This document shows positions 30,822 through 42,362 of a stretch of 64,000 nt of DNA, piece after piece. The stretch comes from Ostreococcus lucimarinus. Lineage: Eukaryota. Position numbers and translations under genes: made by a program. Where the stretch lies: the NCBI GenBank assembly GCA_000092065.1, contig CP000594.1. One strand, given 5' to 3'. The stretch's first letter is position 1, and each line of letters opens with the position of its first letter. The notes under the pieces were generated by a model, which saw nothing but the letters and a program-made list of their open reading frames with translations, was not told the origin of the DNA and did not search any database.

Positions 30822-32036
30822 ATGATTCCGACGCGACGCGACGACGCCGACGACGCGACGCCGACGACGACGCGCGCGATGGAGGACGCGACGACCGCCG
30901 ACGCGACGACCGCCGACGGACGCGACGCGACGACCGACGACGAAATGAATCGAACGAATCGATCGGTGCCGCGCGCGACGAGCGTGCGAGAAAAGATTGC
31001 GCTCTACGACGGCGCCGACGAAGCGGCGAAGGCGCGAACGCGCGCGAACGACGAAGAATCGTCGGTGTCGCGAGAGACGGTGGCGAAGCTGCGCGCGAGC
31101 GATCTGGAGGAGGCGCTGACGAGGGCGTTCGACGCGTTCGGGTCGTTTGGCCGACGACGAGACGCGGAGACGCGCATGGACGGCGCGCGGTTCGCGAAGC
31201 TGTGCAAAGAGGTGATATTTAAGGGCGCGGGGGACGACGCGCGGGAGGGGAAGTTGCGACGCGCGGAGATCGCGTTCGCGCGCAGGGCGAAATTGAATCG
31301 GAAGATTGATTACGAAGATTTTCGCGCGTTGGTGATGGAGGATTGCGCGAACATCGATCGCGGCGACGACGAGGACGGCGAGGCGGACGCGATCGCGACG
31401 TGCGCGAAATTGATCGGTTGCGAACCGAGCGTGGAGTCGGCGTTGAGCCCGGGTAAAGTGCGATTCCACGACGAGCGCGAGCGTTACACCGGGGTGCAAG
31501 CGGAGAAGCACGGTCGCGGCGCGCTCGAACGCGCGGCGTCGAGACGCGGCGAGTCGGTGGAAACGCACGCCGCTCCGGAGGAGGCCAGCCTGCCCGACGT
31601 CAAAGGATTGTTCACCGCGTTCGAGTCGTTCTTGCAGTTTTCACCGCCGCAGTCCGCGCTGTCGTGCTCCAGGTGGGTGAAGATTTGCGAAGACTGCGAG
31701 CTGTTCGAGGCGCACGGGCTCGATCACCCGAGCGCGGGCATCGTCTTCAACGCCGTCGCCACGGCGAATCGTAAGACGCTCGACTTTGATGCGTTCAAAA
31801 CCGTTCTCCATCTCGCCGCCCAACGCGCCGGGAGCGAATTTTTGGTGTTCGCGCGCGCCGTCGCCGCGGGCGAGCCGCGCGTGCGCTCTGCTCTGGCCAA
31901 CTCGCCGTCCTCGCCGCTCCGTTTCCACGATGAAGTCGCCACGTACACCGCGACGCACAAGGCGACGCATCGCGATAAAGTATTGTCTCCCCGAGCGCTG
32001 AGCATTCGCAAGCGCGCGGGCATCGCGGACGATTAG
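30822..32036 (+). CDS. p25-alpha/TPPP-domain protein, with two TPPP-like domains
   Basis: Two copies of the p25-alpha pattern (DGARFAKLCKEVIFKG...IDYEDFRALV; SCSRWVKICEDCELFEA...LDFDAFKTVLHLAAQRAG). Confidence 0.65.
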   Translation: MIPTRRDDADDATPTTTRAMEDATTADATTADGRDATTDDEMNRTNRSVPRATSVREKIALYDGADEAAKARTRANDEESSVSRETVAKLRASDLEEALTRAFDAFGSFGRRRDAETRMDGARFAKLCKEVIFKGAGDDAREGKLRRAEIAFARRAKLNRKIDYEDFRALVMEDCANIDRGDDEDGEADAIATCAKLIGCEPSVESALSPGKVRFHDERERYTGVQAEKHGRGALERAASRRGESVETHAAPEEASLPDVKGLFTAFESFLQFSPPQSALSCSRWVKICEDCELFEAHGLDHPSAGIVFNAVATANRKTLDFDAFKTVLHLAAQRAGSEFLVFARAVAAGEPRVRSALANSPSSPLRFHDEVATYTATHKATHRDKVLSPRALSIRKRAGIADD

Positions 32037-32529
32037 ACTGTGTATCGCGCGCGCCGCCGCGATTCGATTTGCAAACCAAAGCACGCACCGCACGCCAGAC
32101 GCGATGCCGCACCTCACGACGCGACGCTCGACGCTCGAGGTGCGAAATTCGCGCGAGAGACGCGACGGCGATGCGACGCGCGTCGCGCGCGATGCGACGC
32201 GCGCCTCGAACGCGTCGCGCGCGACGAAACGACGACGATCTCGCGTCGCGGCTGACCCTAAGCCGAACGCATCATCGGTCGCCGCCGTCGTCTGACGACG
32301 CCCGATCGACGCGCGCGCGACGGGAACGACGAACGAAGACTGACGTTAAACGCGCGATGATTCGGCGGACAGTGACTGCGCGAATAGACTCGTTCGATGA
32401 TTTACGAAACCACCTCGGCGCTGTTTAGGTCGTTTTTGAAGTCGTCGCGCAACGACGATAAGTTTAGCCACGAAGGTAAGCGAAAGAGCGGACCGGGAGA
32501 GAAAGCGTCGGCGAATAAACCTGTTATGG

Positions 32530-32973
32530 ATGATTAATTCTGGAGAGATGACGTCGAGTGTGGAGACGACGGAGCCGAGATTGAGGCACGAAATGTTCGT
32601 CGCCGACGTTCGAGGCGTCGAGTTGGCGTTTCAAGTGTATCACTTGCACGACCAATTGTTTGCGTACATCGGCGGTTGCGATGGGCGTTTTTCGGAATGC
32701 GCGTTTGGGGTAAAGGCGCGAAGTAGTTTGGGAGGCGGCGGCGTCGCGACGACGACGTTGCTTGGAACGGAGGCGTCGGCTCGAGCGTCGAGCGACGCCG
32801 CGAGACGATTAGCTTTGAGATCGGGAAAGTCGATCGTGATGAGCGTCAACATGCCCGCGGGCGCGGAGGAGCTCCAGGGTGACGCTGAGAAGGTTTTGAT
32901 TCGGTACTTGCGCGAAAATCACGCGTTGGAAGGAGAAATGAACGACCTCGAACGCGCCTTGGGCGGCATGTAG
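32530..32973 (+). CDS. Small protein, possibly proteasome assembly chaperone 4 (PSMG4/PAC4)-like
   Basis: Real ATG. The pattern FQVYHLHDQLFAYIGG...TTTLLGTEASARASSDAARRLALRSGKSIVMSVNMP resembles the PSMG4 core (FHVMRL..LFLWVGA...STSLLGDTSD...LAQRLARKTNKQVFVSYNL). Confidence 0.4.
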   Translation: MINSGEMTSSVETTEPRLRHEMFVADVRGVELAFQVYHLHDQLFAYIGGCDGRFSECAFGVKARSSLGGGGVATTTLLGTEASARASSDAARRLALRSGKSIVMSVNMPAGAEELQGDAEKVLIRYLRENHALEGEMNDLERALGGM

Positions 32974-33067
32974 CGTACGCTCGCGTTTGTTATGAGAGAC
33001 GAGTGACGTTCGCGACGACACCACCGCGAGACACCGCGCTTCTACGATTTCTCTATCGATACACACA

Positions 33068-33624
33068 TTACAATTCCTCTATCATCTTCTTCGAGCGCTT
33101 CGCGTTCTTTGACGCCGCGCCGCTCTGTTTCGTCGGCACCACGAGCGTCTCCGCCTTGACCTCGTCTCGCGTCTCCTCGTGCGCCACCCCCGCGCGTTTC
33201 GCCGCCACGCGCACCGCGTCGTCTGTTTTCAAATCCACCACCCCGAGTCCCAAATCCTGCGTTCCAATCGCGCGCACGCGTCGAGTCAGTCGATCGATCG
33301 TTCGTTCGAGTCGCCGTCGCCGCGCGCGTCCCGCGCGCGCTCCTTCGTCTCCACGCACCATTTCGATCCTCGCCGCCCCGTCGTCGTCGCTCGCGACCTC
33401 GATGTTCACCTCGCTCGCCGTTTTCGTCGCCAGCGCCTCGTTCGCGCTCGCGAGCGACGGTAAAAACGTCGCGAGTTTGCCCAACAACGGACTCTGTTCG
33501 GGACGCGAAATGTTTGGCGGCGCCCGCGTCGTCGCGTCGTCGTCGCGTCGCGCGCGCGTCGCGAGCACGTCGAACGGGTCTTTCTTCGCGTCGTCGATCT
33601 CGAGCCTCTCGCGCGCGCGCGACA
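33068..33624 (-). CDS. Hypothetical basic protein (185 aa) ending KKMIEEL
   Basis: ATG at MSRARERLEIDD. Charged, probably nucleolar/nuclear. No family recognised. Confidence 0.35.
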
Positions 33625-33669
33625 TGACGACGACGCGACGCGATGTGACGACGAATGCCCGACGCCCGA

Positions 33670-34271
33670 CTATCGCACGCGCTCGCACACGTACAACACC
33701 GGCGCGTTCTTGCGATTCACCACCGCGTGCACCACGACGGTGAAGTCCTTGGGCGACAATTCGGCGAACGCGCGACGCACCGCCTCGTTTTCCTCCGCGC
33801 CGCCGTCGTGACCGAGGTAGGCGACGACGGTGAACACGCCGCCGAGCCGCAGCGTCCGCGTCCCCGCGCGCACGAGTCGCGCCGACGTCGACGCCTCCGT
33901 GCGCGTTCTTCGCGCGCGTTCGTCCGCGCGCAGGCCCGGGGCGGGTAAGTACCCCAGGTTCGCCATCAGCACGCCGACGTCGCGCGCGCGCGTCGCCGCC
34001 ATCGCCTCCAACGCGTCGGCGTGACACCTCTGCTCGAAGGCGAACCGACGCGGCGCGACGCGCGCGTCCTCGAACGCGCGCGTCGACGCCTCCAGCGCCT
34101 CGCTCGCGACGTCGAAGCCGCGAATGATGACGTCGGGCGACGCGCACTCGAGCGCGAGGTACAGCGCGTCGCGTCCGCACCCGAGCGTCGCGTCGACGAC
34201 GACGTCGCCGTCGGCGCGCACGCGCTCGCACCACGCGCGACGCGCCCAGCGCAGGACGTCGGCGTCACCGA

Positions 34272-34305
<34 letters not shown>

Positions 34306-34377
34306 ACGCGCCGCGCGCGCGCGCGGCGGCGCGGCGCCGCGCGCGGGGCCCGCGGGCGCGCGCGCGATTCGCGTCAT
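33670..34377 (-). CDS. SAM-dependent methyltransferase of the putative rRNA methylase (YtqB-like) family
   Basis: GDVVVDATLGCGRDALYLA...VIRGFDVASEAL...LMANLGYLPAPG matches the rRNA-methylase family pattern GDxVVDATxGNGxD...GFDIQ...NLGYLPGGD. Confidence 0.6.
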
Positions 34378-34399
34378 TCACTGACGCGACGACGCATCC

Positions 34400-35137
34400 A
34401 TGTCGCGCCGCGCGTTCGCGCCGACGCGCCAGAGCTCGGGCGCCGGACGCGCGGCGACGCGCGCGGCGACGCGAGCGCCGCGTTTGAGCCGCGCGAGGAC
34501 GCGCTCGAACGCGTCACCGCGCGATGATGTCGTCGACGACGTCGGTGACGCCGACGACGCGCGCGTCGACGCGTTTGAGCCGCGCGTGGACGCGCGCGCG
34601 ACGACGTCGGCGCTCGTCATCGGCGCGGCGTTCTTCGTCGTGAATCGACGCGTCGCGGCGGCGGTGGCGAAGCGAAGGGCGAGGGAGGAGGTGGAGGAGG
34701 AGAAGCGACGCGTCGCGCTCGAGCGACTGCGCGGCGGGGCGTCCATCGACGACGAAACCGAGATCGACGAGCGATTGCGACGGGCGTACGAGGAGGAAGC
34801 GAAGTCTAGGGAGGTGTTCTTCGGGTTGTTCAGGGTGCGAATGCCGCAACCGCTCGGGAAACCGTTGTCGGAGGTTGAGGCGGAGGAGGCGCGAGTGGCC
34901 GAGGCGAGCGGACGGCGAAGGAACGGTTCGGACGACGCCCGCGCGGGTCGCGAAGGGATGGCGGAGACGCCGCCGTGGTGGATGACGACCGTGAGCGCGA
35001 TCGTGTTGGTGCTGTTGACGTGGTCGAGCGTGGGATTGGGGAGCGTCGATCGCGTCGCCGAAGCGCCGCGGTTGACGCCGGATGAAATCGAACGATTTCG
35101 CGCGGGCGGCGGTGGCGGCGGCGGTGGGGGGGCGTGA
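34400..35137 (+). CDS. Hypothetical membrane protein (two TM segments), ending in a Gly run
   Basis: Real ATG 22 bp from the divergent methyltransferase start. TM segments ALVIGAAFFVV and VSAIVLVLLTWSSVGLG. No family recognised. Confidence 0.35.
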   Translation: MSRRAFAPTRQSSGAGRAATRAATRAPRLSRARTRSNASPRDDVVDDVGDADDARVDAFEPRVDARATTSALVIGAAFFVVNRRVAAAVAKRRAREEVEEEKRRVALERLRGGASIDDETEIDERLRRAYEEEAKSREVFFGLFRVRMPQPLGKPLSEVEAEEARVAEASGRRRNGSDDARAGREGMAETPPWWMTTVSAIVLVLLTWSSVGLGSVDRVAEAPRLTPDEIERFRAGGGGGGGGGA

Positions 35138-35399
35138 ACGCACCTACGACAGTATTTTTAATTTAATCTCATTGTTTCAGCGCGATCGCATCGAGCGCGC
35201 GCGTCGCCGCGACGACCTCGGCGCTTCCTCGGCGCCCGAGACGAAGCCGTCACGATCGCGCGCGCGCGCGCGTCGACGACGGCGTCCAACCGCGCGCGTC
35301 ATGCGCGACGTTCCGCGCGACGCGCGTCACCGCGCGCGCGCGTCACCGCGCGATCGGCGCTCGAAAAATCGTCGCGACACTGGATGGGTGTCGTCCGCG

Positions 35400-37433
35400 A
35401 TGACGCTCGCGATGGCGCTTACGTTGGCGCTGCGCGGCGCGTCGTGCGACGCGCGCGCGACGTCGTCGCGCAAACTGCTGCGACGCGAACCCGCCGGCGC
35501 GTCCAGGCCGGTCCATCGCGAACACCTGTCGTCTGGGGTGTCCAAGGAGCTCGTGCAAAGAGTCGCGCGCCGGGACGGCGGCGTCGCGGTGACGTTTGCG
35601 AACGAAGGCATGTACGACTTCGTGGTGAACTGGTGCGAACACATGGACGAAATCGGGATTACGAATTATTTAGTCGGGGCGATGGATGAGAGCTTATACG
35701 GTCGGTTGCGAAAGATTGGCGTCAACGCGTGGTTGATGGGATCGAAAAATATCGACGACGACGAAGTGAAGAAGGATTTCGGTTGGGGGACGAGGACGTT
35801 TCATAAGATGGGACGGGATAAGATTCGTTTAGTGCACGAGCTGACGAAGACTGGGTTTGATGTCATCGTCACGGACGTAGATGCGGTGTGGTTACGCGAC
35901 CCATTTCCGTTTTTGAGGCGATATCCCAAAGCGGATGCGTTGGTGAGCATCGATAATTTGCGCAATCATACCTCGGTCGTGGCGACGCAAGCGAATCACG
36001 CGGTCGATGGGGAAGGCTTAGAGCACAGCGCGTGCGGTGGGAACAAAAACATCGGTATTATGTGGTTTCGCTCGACCGAAGGCAGTCAGTCGTTCACGCA
36101 AGAGTGGTTGAACAAGCTCGAGTCAAATGACAAAGATTGGGATCAAGTCGTGTTTAACAAGTTGGTCGAGCAGGGCGGGTGCGAAACGGCGCGCGACGGG
36201 AGCGGTGTCGCCCCGGCGTATGGTGGCGGGCTCATGCTAGGAATCTTGCCGGTGGCGTTCTTTGCGAACGGTTACACATATTTCACCGAACGTCTTCACG
36301 AAATGTTCGGCTTGAAACCGTACGCTGTGCACACGACGTTTGGTTACGCAGGCACGGTTGGGAAGCGACATCGCCTGCGAGAGGCGAACCAGTGGTACGG
36401 CGATAAATACGAACCGACTTATTTTCAAGGGAAATTCATGTCGTACACGCCGCGGCTGCTCAAAGATGTCGATTACGCCGAATTCGTCAAGCGTGGCCAC
36501 CCGAATGAAGAAAATACACCCATGCTCGAGAGAGACGAGGACGTTGTGTTGGAGCACATGCGATTCGTCAATCATCAACTCGCGCAATTGTACGAAGCTG
36601 CGGTCGTCGCGAAGCATCTTGGACGTGCGTTGATTTTACCGCCATTTGCGTGCGGGTTAGATCGCGTTTGGTTCCCTCACAAAGGGCGATATCCCGGTGC
36701 TTTGCTCAAGCTTCCATTCGTGTGCCCTGCGGATCACGTGCTCAAGATTGAAGAGTTGCACGAATTCGCGCAAGACTATCGCGAATTTTCGTTTTTAGGG
36801 CATCCTTACATGCCGCGTCACTTTTTGACGAGTGAGAACGTTCGCCGCGTTGAGATTCCGTGGAGCGCAGCATTCGAGGCAACCATTCCTTTTCACGACA
36901 AGCTTCGCGCATGCTTTGAAAAGCGCGACAGAAAGCGAGGCGATGAGTCGTGTCTACCCGAGGGAAATGCAGTCTTCCGTGCTGCCGAAACGATCAAGCT
37001 ATCGGCACGCCTTGGTTCGCTCGACGCGTTGTCTGTCAACCTTGAGTCAGCAAAAGACGTCAAATTCTTGCACTTTGACACAATCATAGGCCTCACGGAG
37101 ACGTCACAGGCTACGACGGCGATGACGACACAGATTCCTCTCGGCGACTGGGGCATGGCACAGGGCACGAATGAAGACCTCGGCAAATTGGATTACAGCC
37201 TTGACAACGTTTCAATCTTTGGTGACGCGCCGCCTTCGCCGTCCAAGAACGAAACTCACGAACCGGAGGAAAGCGCCGAAAGATCAAGCGAAAAAGAGAG
37301 CGAGGCGTCGACGGCCGATGATGTGAAAGTGAGCATCGAGGCCGGTCTCATGAAGATGTTCCATGGCGATAAGAATAAAGTCGAAAGTGCCGTGCGCGCG
37401 ATTATGGAAGCTCAAGCGCTCGAAGCGGCTTAG
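35400..37433 (+). CDS. Golgi nucleotide-diphospho-sugar glycosyltransferase (GT77 / RRA-XEG113-like)
   Basis: Signal anchor MTLAMALTLALRGASC. Nucleotide-diphospho-sugar transferase domain VTFANEGMYDFVVNWCEHM...GFDVIVTDVDAVWLRDPF. Confidence 0.6.
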   Translation: MTLAMALTLALRGASCDARATSSRKLLRREPAGASRPVHREHLSSGVSKELVQRVARRDGGVAVTFANEGMYDFVVNWCEHMDEIGITNYLVGAMDESLYGRLRKIGVNAWLMGSKNIDDDEVKKDFGWGTRTFHKMGRDKIRLVHELTKTGFDVIVTDVDAVWLRDPFPFLRRYPKADALVSIDNLRNHTSVVATQANHAVDGEGLEHSACGGNKNIGIMWFRSTEGSQSFTQEWLNKLESNDKDWDQVVFNKLVEQGGCETARDGSGVAPAYGGGLMLGILPVAFFANGYTYFTERLHEMFGLKPYAVHTTFGYAGTVGKRHRLREANQWYGDKYEPTYFQGKFMSYTPRLLKDVDYAEFVKRGHPNEENTPMLERDEDVVLEHMRFVNHQLAQLYEAAVVAKHLGRALILPPFACGLDRVWFPHKGRYPGALLKLPFVCPADHVLKIEELHEFAQDYREFSFLGHPYMPRHFLTSENVRRVEIPWSAAFEATIPFHDKLRACFEKRDRKRGDESCLPEGNAVFRAAETIKLSARLGSLDALSVNLESAKDVKFLHFDTIIGLTETSQATTAMTTQIPLGDWGMAQGTNEDLGKLDYSLDNVSIFGDAPPSPSKNETHEPEESAERSSEKESEASTADDVKVSIEAGLMKMFHGDKNKVESAVRAIMEAQALEAA

Positions 37434-37469
37434 ATACCTAGCTAGAGAGTTTGTAACAATATGCAAAAT

Positions 37470-38741
37470 CTACTCGTCGTCTGCGTCCTCGCGCGGTCGT
37501 GCAATAGTTTCCAGCGCCGACGCGGCGTCTGTGAGATTCTCTACGGGAAATCCCAATGCACTTTGAATGACGTTGCAGACGGCGCGCGTTCGCTCGACAA
37601 CGGAAGCTATTTCGTTCCTATCAGAACTCAGAATGTTATTTCGAAGCGTCGCCGCGAGCTCCTTCCACTCGGTTTCGACTTCGCTTCGTGACAAAGCGCC
37701 GGGAAACGCCCCGATAGCAAATATCTGAATCGCAAAATGACCGAGCGTGAGTTCCATCTCGTCCGTCGTCGCGTTTGGCGCACGTTTCGAGTGCCCACTC
37801 TTCAGAAGTGCGTTCGCGGAAGACTTGGACACAACGTCTACGGACAACTGGGCGCGCCGCACCTCTCGCAAGCAAGTCGCGAACGCTGTTTCATCGTCGC
37901 CAAAAAGTCGAACACACAACACTCGCGCGCGCGCGCACGATGATGGATCTAAAGCATCGCGATATTTCATCATCGCCGCGTCGAAGTCACTCCCCGCGAT
38001 CAACTCGCGCGCGACCTCGCGCGCGACGACGCGCGCGGCGGCGCACCACGACGTAATCGCTCGCTTGATTTCAGCTTCCACGCTTGCCTCGGCGTCCGCC
38101 ATCGTAGCTTCCAGCATGGTGCGCACCGCGTCAGCGCTCAAGCGTTCACCATCATGCTTGCGCCACACCTCGAGTTGTCGTCGCATCTCGCGCAAAGATG
38201 CGCACACCGTCTCGTGCTCGCCCGCTCGCTGCGCGTCTCTCAACGATTTCGCCGCTCGCGATAGCTCCAAACGAAACTTCGCCGCTTTGAACCCAACCTC
38301 GTACGCTCGCGCCCGCATAGTTTCCATCGTCGCTTCATTCGTGAATTGTTCCCTCATCCGCAAACCATTCTCGATCTCGCGCGCCATCGCTCGCGATTTC
38401 CGCCGCGCGTTCGCCAACGCCTCGCTCGCCGTCGCCGCGTCCCGTCGCGCTTCTCCGCTCGACCTCGGCGCCATCGCCCGCGCCTCGCGCGCCTCGCGAC
38501 GAATCATTCGCGATATTCGTTCGACATCGTTCCCATCGCGCCGCAGAATCTTCCGCAGCGCGTCCACGACCGCGTCGTCGTCGTCGTCGTCGTTTTCATT
38601 AAACTGCAACAGAAATCCATCCATCGCATCCATCGCCTCTCGTCGCGTCACCGACGTCGCGCGACCGCTCGCGCGTCTCGCATCGCGTCCATCGCGCTCG
38701 TCCTCGCTCGCGTCGGCGTCGCTGTCGTGAAAGTACCCCAT
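37470..38741 (-). CDS. Hypothetical helical/coiled-coil protein (423 aa)
   Basis: Clean ORF starting with ATG (MGYFHDSDAD), acidic N-terminus, long predicted helices. No family recognised. Confidence 0.4.
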   Translation of the reverse strand: MGYFHDSDADASEDERDGRDARRASGRATSVTRREAMDAMDGFLLQFNENDDDDDDAVVDALRKILRRDGNDVERISRMIRREAREARAMAPRSSGEARRDAATASEALANARRKSRAMAREIENGLRMREQFTNEATMETMRARAYEVGFKAAKFRLELSRAAKSLRDAQRAGEHETVCASLREMRRQLEVWRKHDGERLSADAVRTMLEATMADAEASVEAEIKRAITSWCAAARVVAREVARELIAGSDFDAAMMKYRDALDPSSCARARVLCVRLFGDDETAFATCLREVRRAQLSVDVVSKSSANALLKSGHSKRAPNATTDEMELTLGHFAIQIFAIGAFPGALSRSEVETEWKELAATLRNNILSSDRNEIASVVERTRAVCNVIQSALGFPVENLTDAASALETIARPREDADDE

Positions 38742-38984
38742 GACGGCGCCGTCGCGCTCGACGCGTCGCCGTCTGCGACCAACGACTCGGCACTGTCCGA
38801 CGCGTCGCCGTCGCGCGCACGACGCGTCATGGCGGATTCGAGCGCGCGCGCGTTCGCCAGCGTCACCAAGCGTCGTTTACTGGTGCGTCGTCGACCGCGC
38901 GTTCCCGCGCGCGCGAAGGCGCCGATGAACGCGCGACGCGCGACTGACTGCGACGTTTGGATGTTTGGCGCGCGTTAGGTGGAC

Positions 38985-41044
38985 ATGCTGACGACGAAAC
39001 TGCGCGATCGCGCGAGCGCGTGGCGGGTGTTGATCGTCGATGATACGTCGCTGCGGGTGGTGTCGTCGGCGTGCAAGATGAGCGATCTCGCGGAGGCGTG
39101 CGTGAGCGGTACGAGGAGGCGAGGCGACGAACGAGACCGACGCGAAGGCGAACCGAACGCGAACGCGAGGGAGGTGAGAGACGCGCGCGTGACTGACCGA
39201 TGGACGATGCGTCGTCGTCGTCGCTCGCAGTCGTGGAAAATTTGGACGTCGCGCGCGCGCCGCAACCGACGCTGGACGGGGTGTATTTCATCGCGCCGAG
39301 CGAACGCTCGGTGGCGCGCGTCGTGGAGGATTGCGAAAAGAAGCTGTATCGTAAGGCGCACGTGTTTTTTACCTCGGCCGCGCCGCGAGGGGTTTTGAAC
39401 GCGATCAAAGCGAGCAAGGCGTGCGTGTCCATGCTCGGGAACTGCAGTGAGATGAATCTGGAGTACTTTACGGTGGATCCGAAAGGTTTCAGCGTCGGCG
39501 TAGAGGACGCTTTGCGAGGGACGTTTGCGGTCGGATCGGAACAGTCGCAGGCGCAGGCGAGAATGATGGATATGATCGCGCAGCGGTTGGCGACGGTGAT
39601 GGTGTCGCTCGGGGAGATTCCGTCGATTAGGTACATGGCCAAGGTTGGGAATAAGAAGAGCGACGTATCGCGCGGCGTCGCCGACCGACTCGATCGTTCG
39701 CTCACCGCTCTTTTGCGCGCAAAAGGTGCGGAGGCGGCGAAGAACAATCCCACGTGCGACGTGTTGATCGTCGATCGCTCGTTCGACGTCATCACGCCCG
39801 TGGTTCACGAGTGGACGTACGAAAGCATGGTGACGGATTTGTTAAACGTGCCGAACGGCGTGTATCAGTACAAGATCACGACGAAGAAGGGCGAAGAATC
39901 AAAAGAAGCCGTGCTCGGGGAGAACGATCCGCTGTGGGTCGAGCTTCGCCACGCGCACATCGCCGAAGTTTTAACCGTATTAGCGGATAAAGCGAAAACG
40001 TTCGCGAACGTCGGTCCGGATGGGGGCGTTGTTGGTGGCCGTGATTTAACCACCGGTCAATTGAAGAAAGCCGTCGAGGCGTTGCCCAGAGTGTTGGAGC
40101 AACAAGCCAAACTTTCGGTGCACACGTCTATCGCTGGTGAGATCAACGCTGTTTTGCAAAAGTCCGCGTTGAGCGAGGTCGGGCGCTTGGAGCAAGACGT
40201 GGTGTTCGGCGACGCGACGAGCAAAGATCTCATCGCGTTGTTCAACGACCTCGACTCGCGCGGCGTGCGTTTGCCCATGGTGGAGAAACTTCGTCTATTG
40301 CTGTGCTACGTCAGTTCGCACCCGCAAAAGATTGACGAAAGTGAAAAGAAGCGATGGATGACGAACACTGGGCTGACGCTCGCGGACGTGAACATCTTGC
40401 AAAATCTAGAGTTATTGGGCGTGAAGGTTCTGAAAGACGGCGCATCGAATCCGTTTTCGAGCTCGATGTTTGGCTCGAGTACCAAGAGCATTCGACCGAA
40501 AGTGCTCGAACGCAAAGGCGCGGGGAGCGAGTGGGATTTATTTAGATTTTTACCCACGATGGCGGGCTTGGTGACCGAGCTTGATGCGGGAACTCTCGAC
40601 GCGACGGAGTATCCATCCGTCGGAATCTCTCCGGGAGCGGCGAACGCGCCGCCTACGATGATGTCGCCAACGAAATCGCGCTCGGTGCGCACGCGAACTG
40701 AAGCGTCGTGGGCGACACACAGTAGCGCGGGTAGCTTAGGCGGCGACGGCGACTCCGAGAGATCGGCATCGGGGACGAATCATCGACGAAGTGACTCCAT
40801 GACGTCGAATCGCGCGGCGAGCCAGCGTTCGAGTCGTCGCCTCATAGTCTTCGTCGTGGGCGGTATGACTCGTGGTGAGTTGCGCGAGGCACACGTCCTG
40901 AGTCAGAAATTACACCGTGAGGTCATCATCGGCTCCACCTCGCTCGAAACTCCCGCGTCGTTCGTAGAAAAACTCGCCGGCTTGGCGTCTGTCGCTTCGA
41001 TTCCAGAGAAATACGCCGACATCGCGGATTTGTCTGGACTGTAA
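38985..41044 (+). CDS. SEC1: Sec1/Munc18-family syntaxin-binding protein; two exons, join(38985..39108,39231..41044)
   Basis: Exon 1 encodes MLTTKLRDRASAWRVLIVDDTSLRVVSSACKMSDLAEACVS. Intron 39109..39230 (GTACGA, GTGACTGACC branch, CGCAG). Exon 2 encodes VVENLDVARAPQPTLDGVYFIAPSERSV...LIVDRSFDVITPVVHEWTYESMV. Confidence 0.8.
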
Positions 41045-41162
41045 TGGAAATAAACCTCGCGGAGTTCATGCGATACGTAAACGAGTGACGCTATACGAGA
41101 AGTACGATACATGAATGAGTGATACAGGAAGAAATACAGACTAAAATCGCGCGCAATCGCCG

Positions 41163-41612
41163 TCACATGACGGAGCAACACGTCGGTTGCGTCGCCGACG
41201 CGTCCTTGTTTGCCTCCGACGCCCGCTTCCGCGTCTCGCCCCGCGTCGACGCATTCTCGCTGACGATGAGATGCGCGATGCGTACCTCGCCACTCACGAA
41301 TCCGCACCACTTCAACGCCTTCGAGTCCGGCTCTAAAATTTTCCCGTCGAGCACCACGCGCAGGTACGCCGGCGACGCCGGCTTGGGCGACGTCGCCTCG
41401 TCCCCGTCCCCGATCGCCCCATCCGACGTCTCGCGCGCCAACCACGGCGCGTCCCACAGCGCGCGTTTCAAATCCGCCACCGTCGCGTTTTCATCCTCTA
41501 AAACCACCGGCCCTACGTCCGCGCCCTCGACGCGTCGCGCCTTGACGCGAAACGCCGCCGCCGCCGTCGTCTCACCTTCGTCCCCGCGCGCCCGCTCGCG
41601 CGCCGCGTCCAT
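41163..41612 (-). CDS. Membrane-anchored ubiquitin-fold protein (MUB/UBL3-like) with C-terminal CaaX box
   Basis: Ubiquitin-like fold region (VEGADVGPVVLEDENATVADLKRALWD...LRVVLDGKILEPDSKALKWCGF). C-terminus CCSVM is a prenylation CaaX motif. Confidence 0.6.
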   Translation of the reverse strand: MDAARERARGDEGETTAAAAFRVKARRVEGADVGPVVLEDENATVADLKRALWDAPWLARETSDGAIGDGDEATSPKPASPAYLRVVLDGKILEPDSKALKWCGFVSGEVRIAHLIVSENASTRGETRKRASEANKDASATQPTCCSVM

Positions 41613-41894
41613 GCCCGCGCTCGAATCGACCGACCGCGCGCCCCAACGCGCGCCGATCCGAGCTCGCGATCGCTCGTATCACCGCCGCGCCGGTCCGACG
41701 ACGCCGATCCGACGCAAAAATCCAAATCCAATCCGATCCGTTCGACGCCGCCGCCTCGCGTCCGCGCCGCCGCCTCGCGTTCGCGCGCGATCCGCGCGCG
41801 TCTCCCGACGCCGTCCTCGCGCGTCCGTCCCGTCCCGAGGCGTCCCGTCGCGCGTCGCGCGTCGCGCGATGCCGTTCGGTCGAATCGGCGCGCG

Positions 41895-41940
41895 TCGATC
41901 GGTCGATCGATCGATCGATCGATCGATCGATCGATCGATC
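41895..41940. repeat. (GATC)n tetranucleotide microsatellite, about 10 units, in the MUB/CCT divergent region
   Basis: cgatcggtcgatcgatcgatcgatcgatcgatcgatcgatcgatcg. Confidence 0.9.
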
Positions 41941-42362
41941 GCCGCGCGCTCGAACCTCACCTCGAGGTTCGCGTCGCGTTCGTCGAAACCGACCCGCGCC
42001 GCGGACGGTTCGGTTCGAGTCAACGCGGCGCCGCGGCGCGATCGAGCGCGAAACCGCGACGCCGCGAACGCGCGAACGCGATGGCGGCGCCGATGGTGCG
42101 CATGCCCGATGGGCGATTAATAGTGCGTGTCGCGACGGCGACGGCGCGGACGACGCGACGCGCGACGCGCGAAGAGACGCGATCGGAACGCGCGCGCGCG
42201 ATGGCTCGCGACGGCGGATGAAGAGGATGATTTCGAGCGATGCGACGTCGCGCGAACGACGAGGGGGGGGGCGCGCGACGGAGGAGGGGTCGAAGAATTT
42301 GTGTGCTTCGAGCGCGGACGTCGCGCGGGACGTCGGCGCGACGCGGGAGACGCGAGGCGGCG

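Noticed and set aside
32040-32500. Short R/D-rich ORFs (32040-32255, 32069-32428, 32104-32295) between the TPPP and PAC4-like genes
   Set aside because: Low-complexity CGACGC-repeat-derived translations with no ATG context. Most likely intergenic or UTR sequence.
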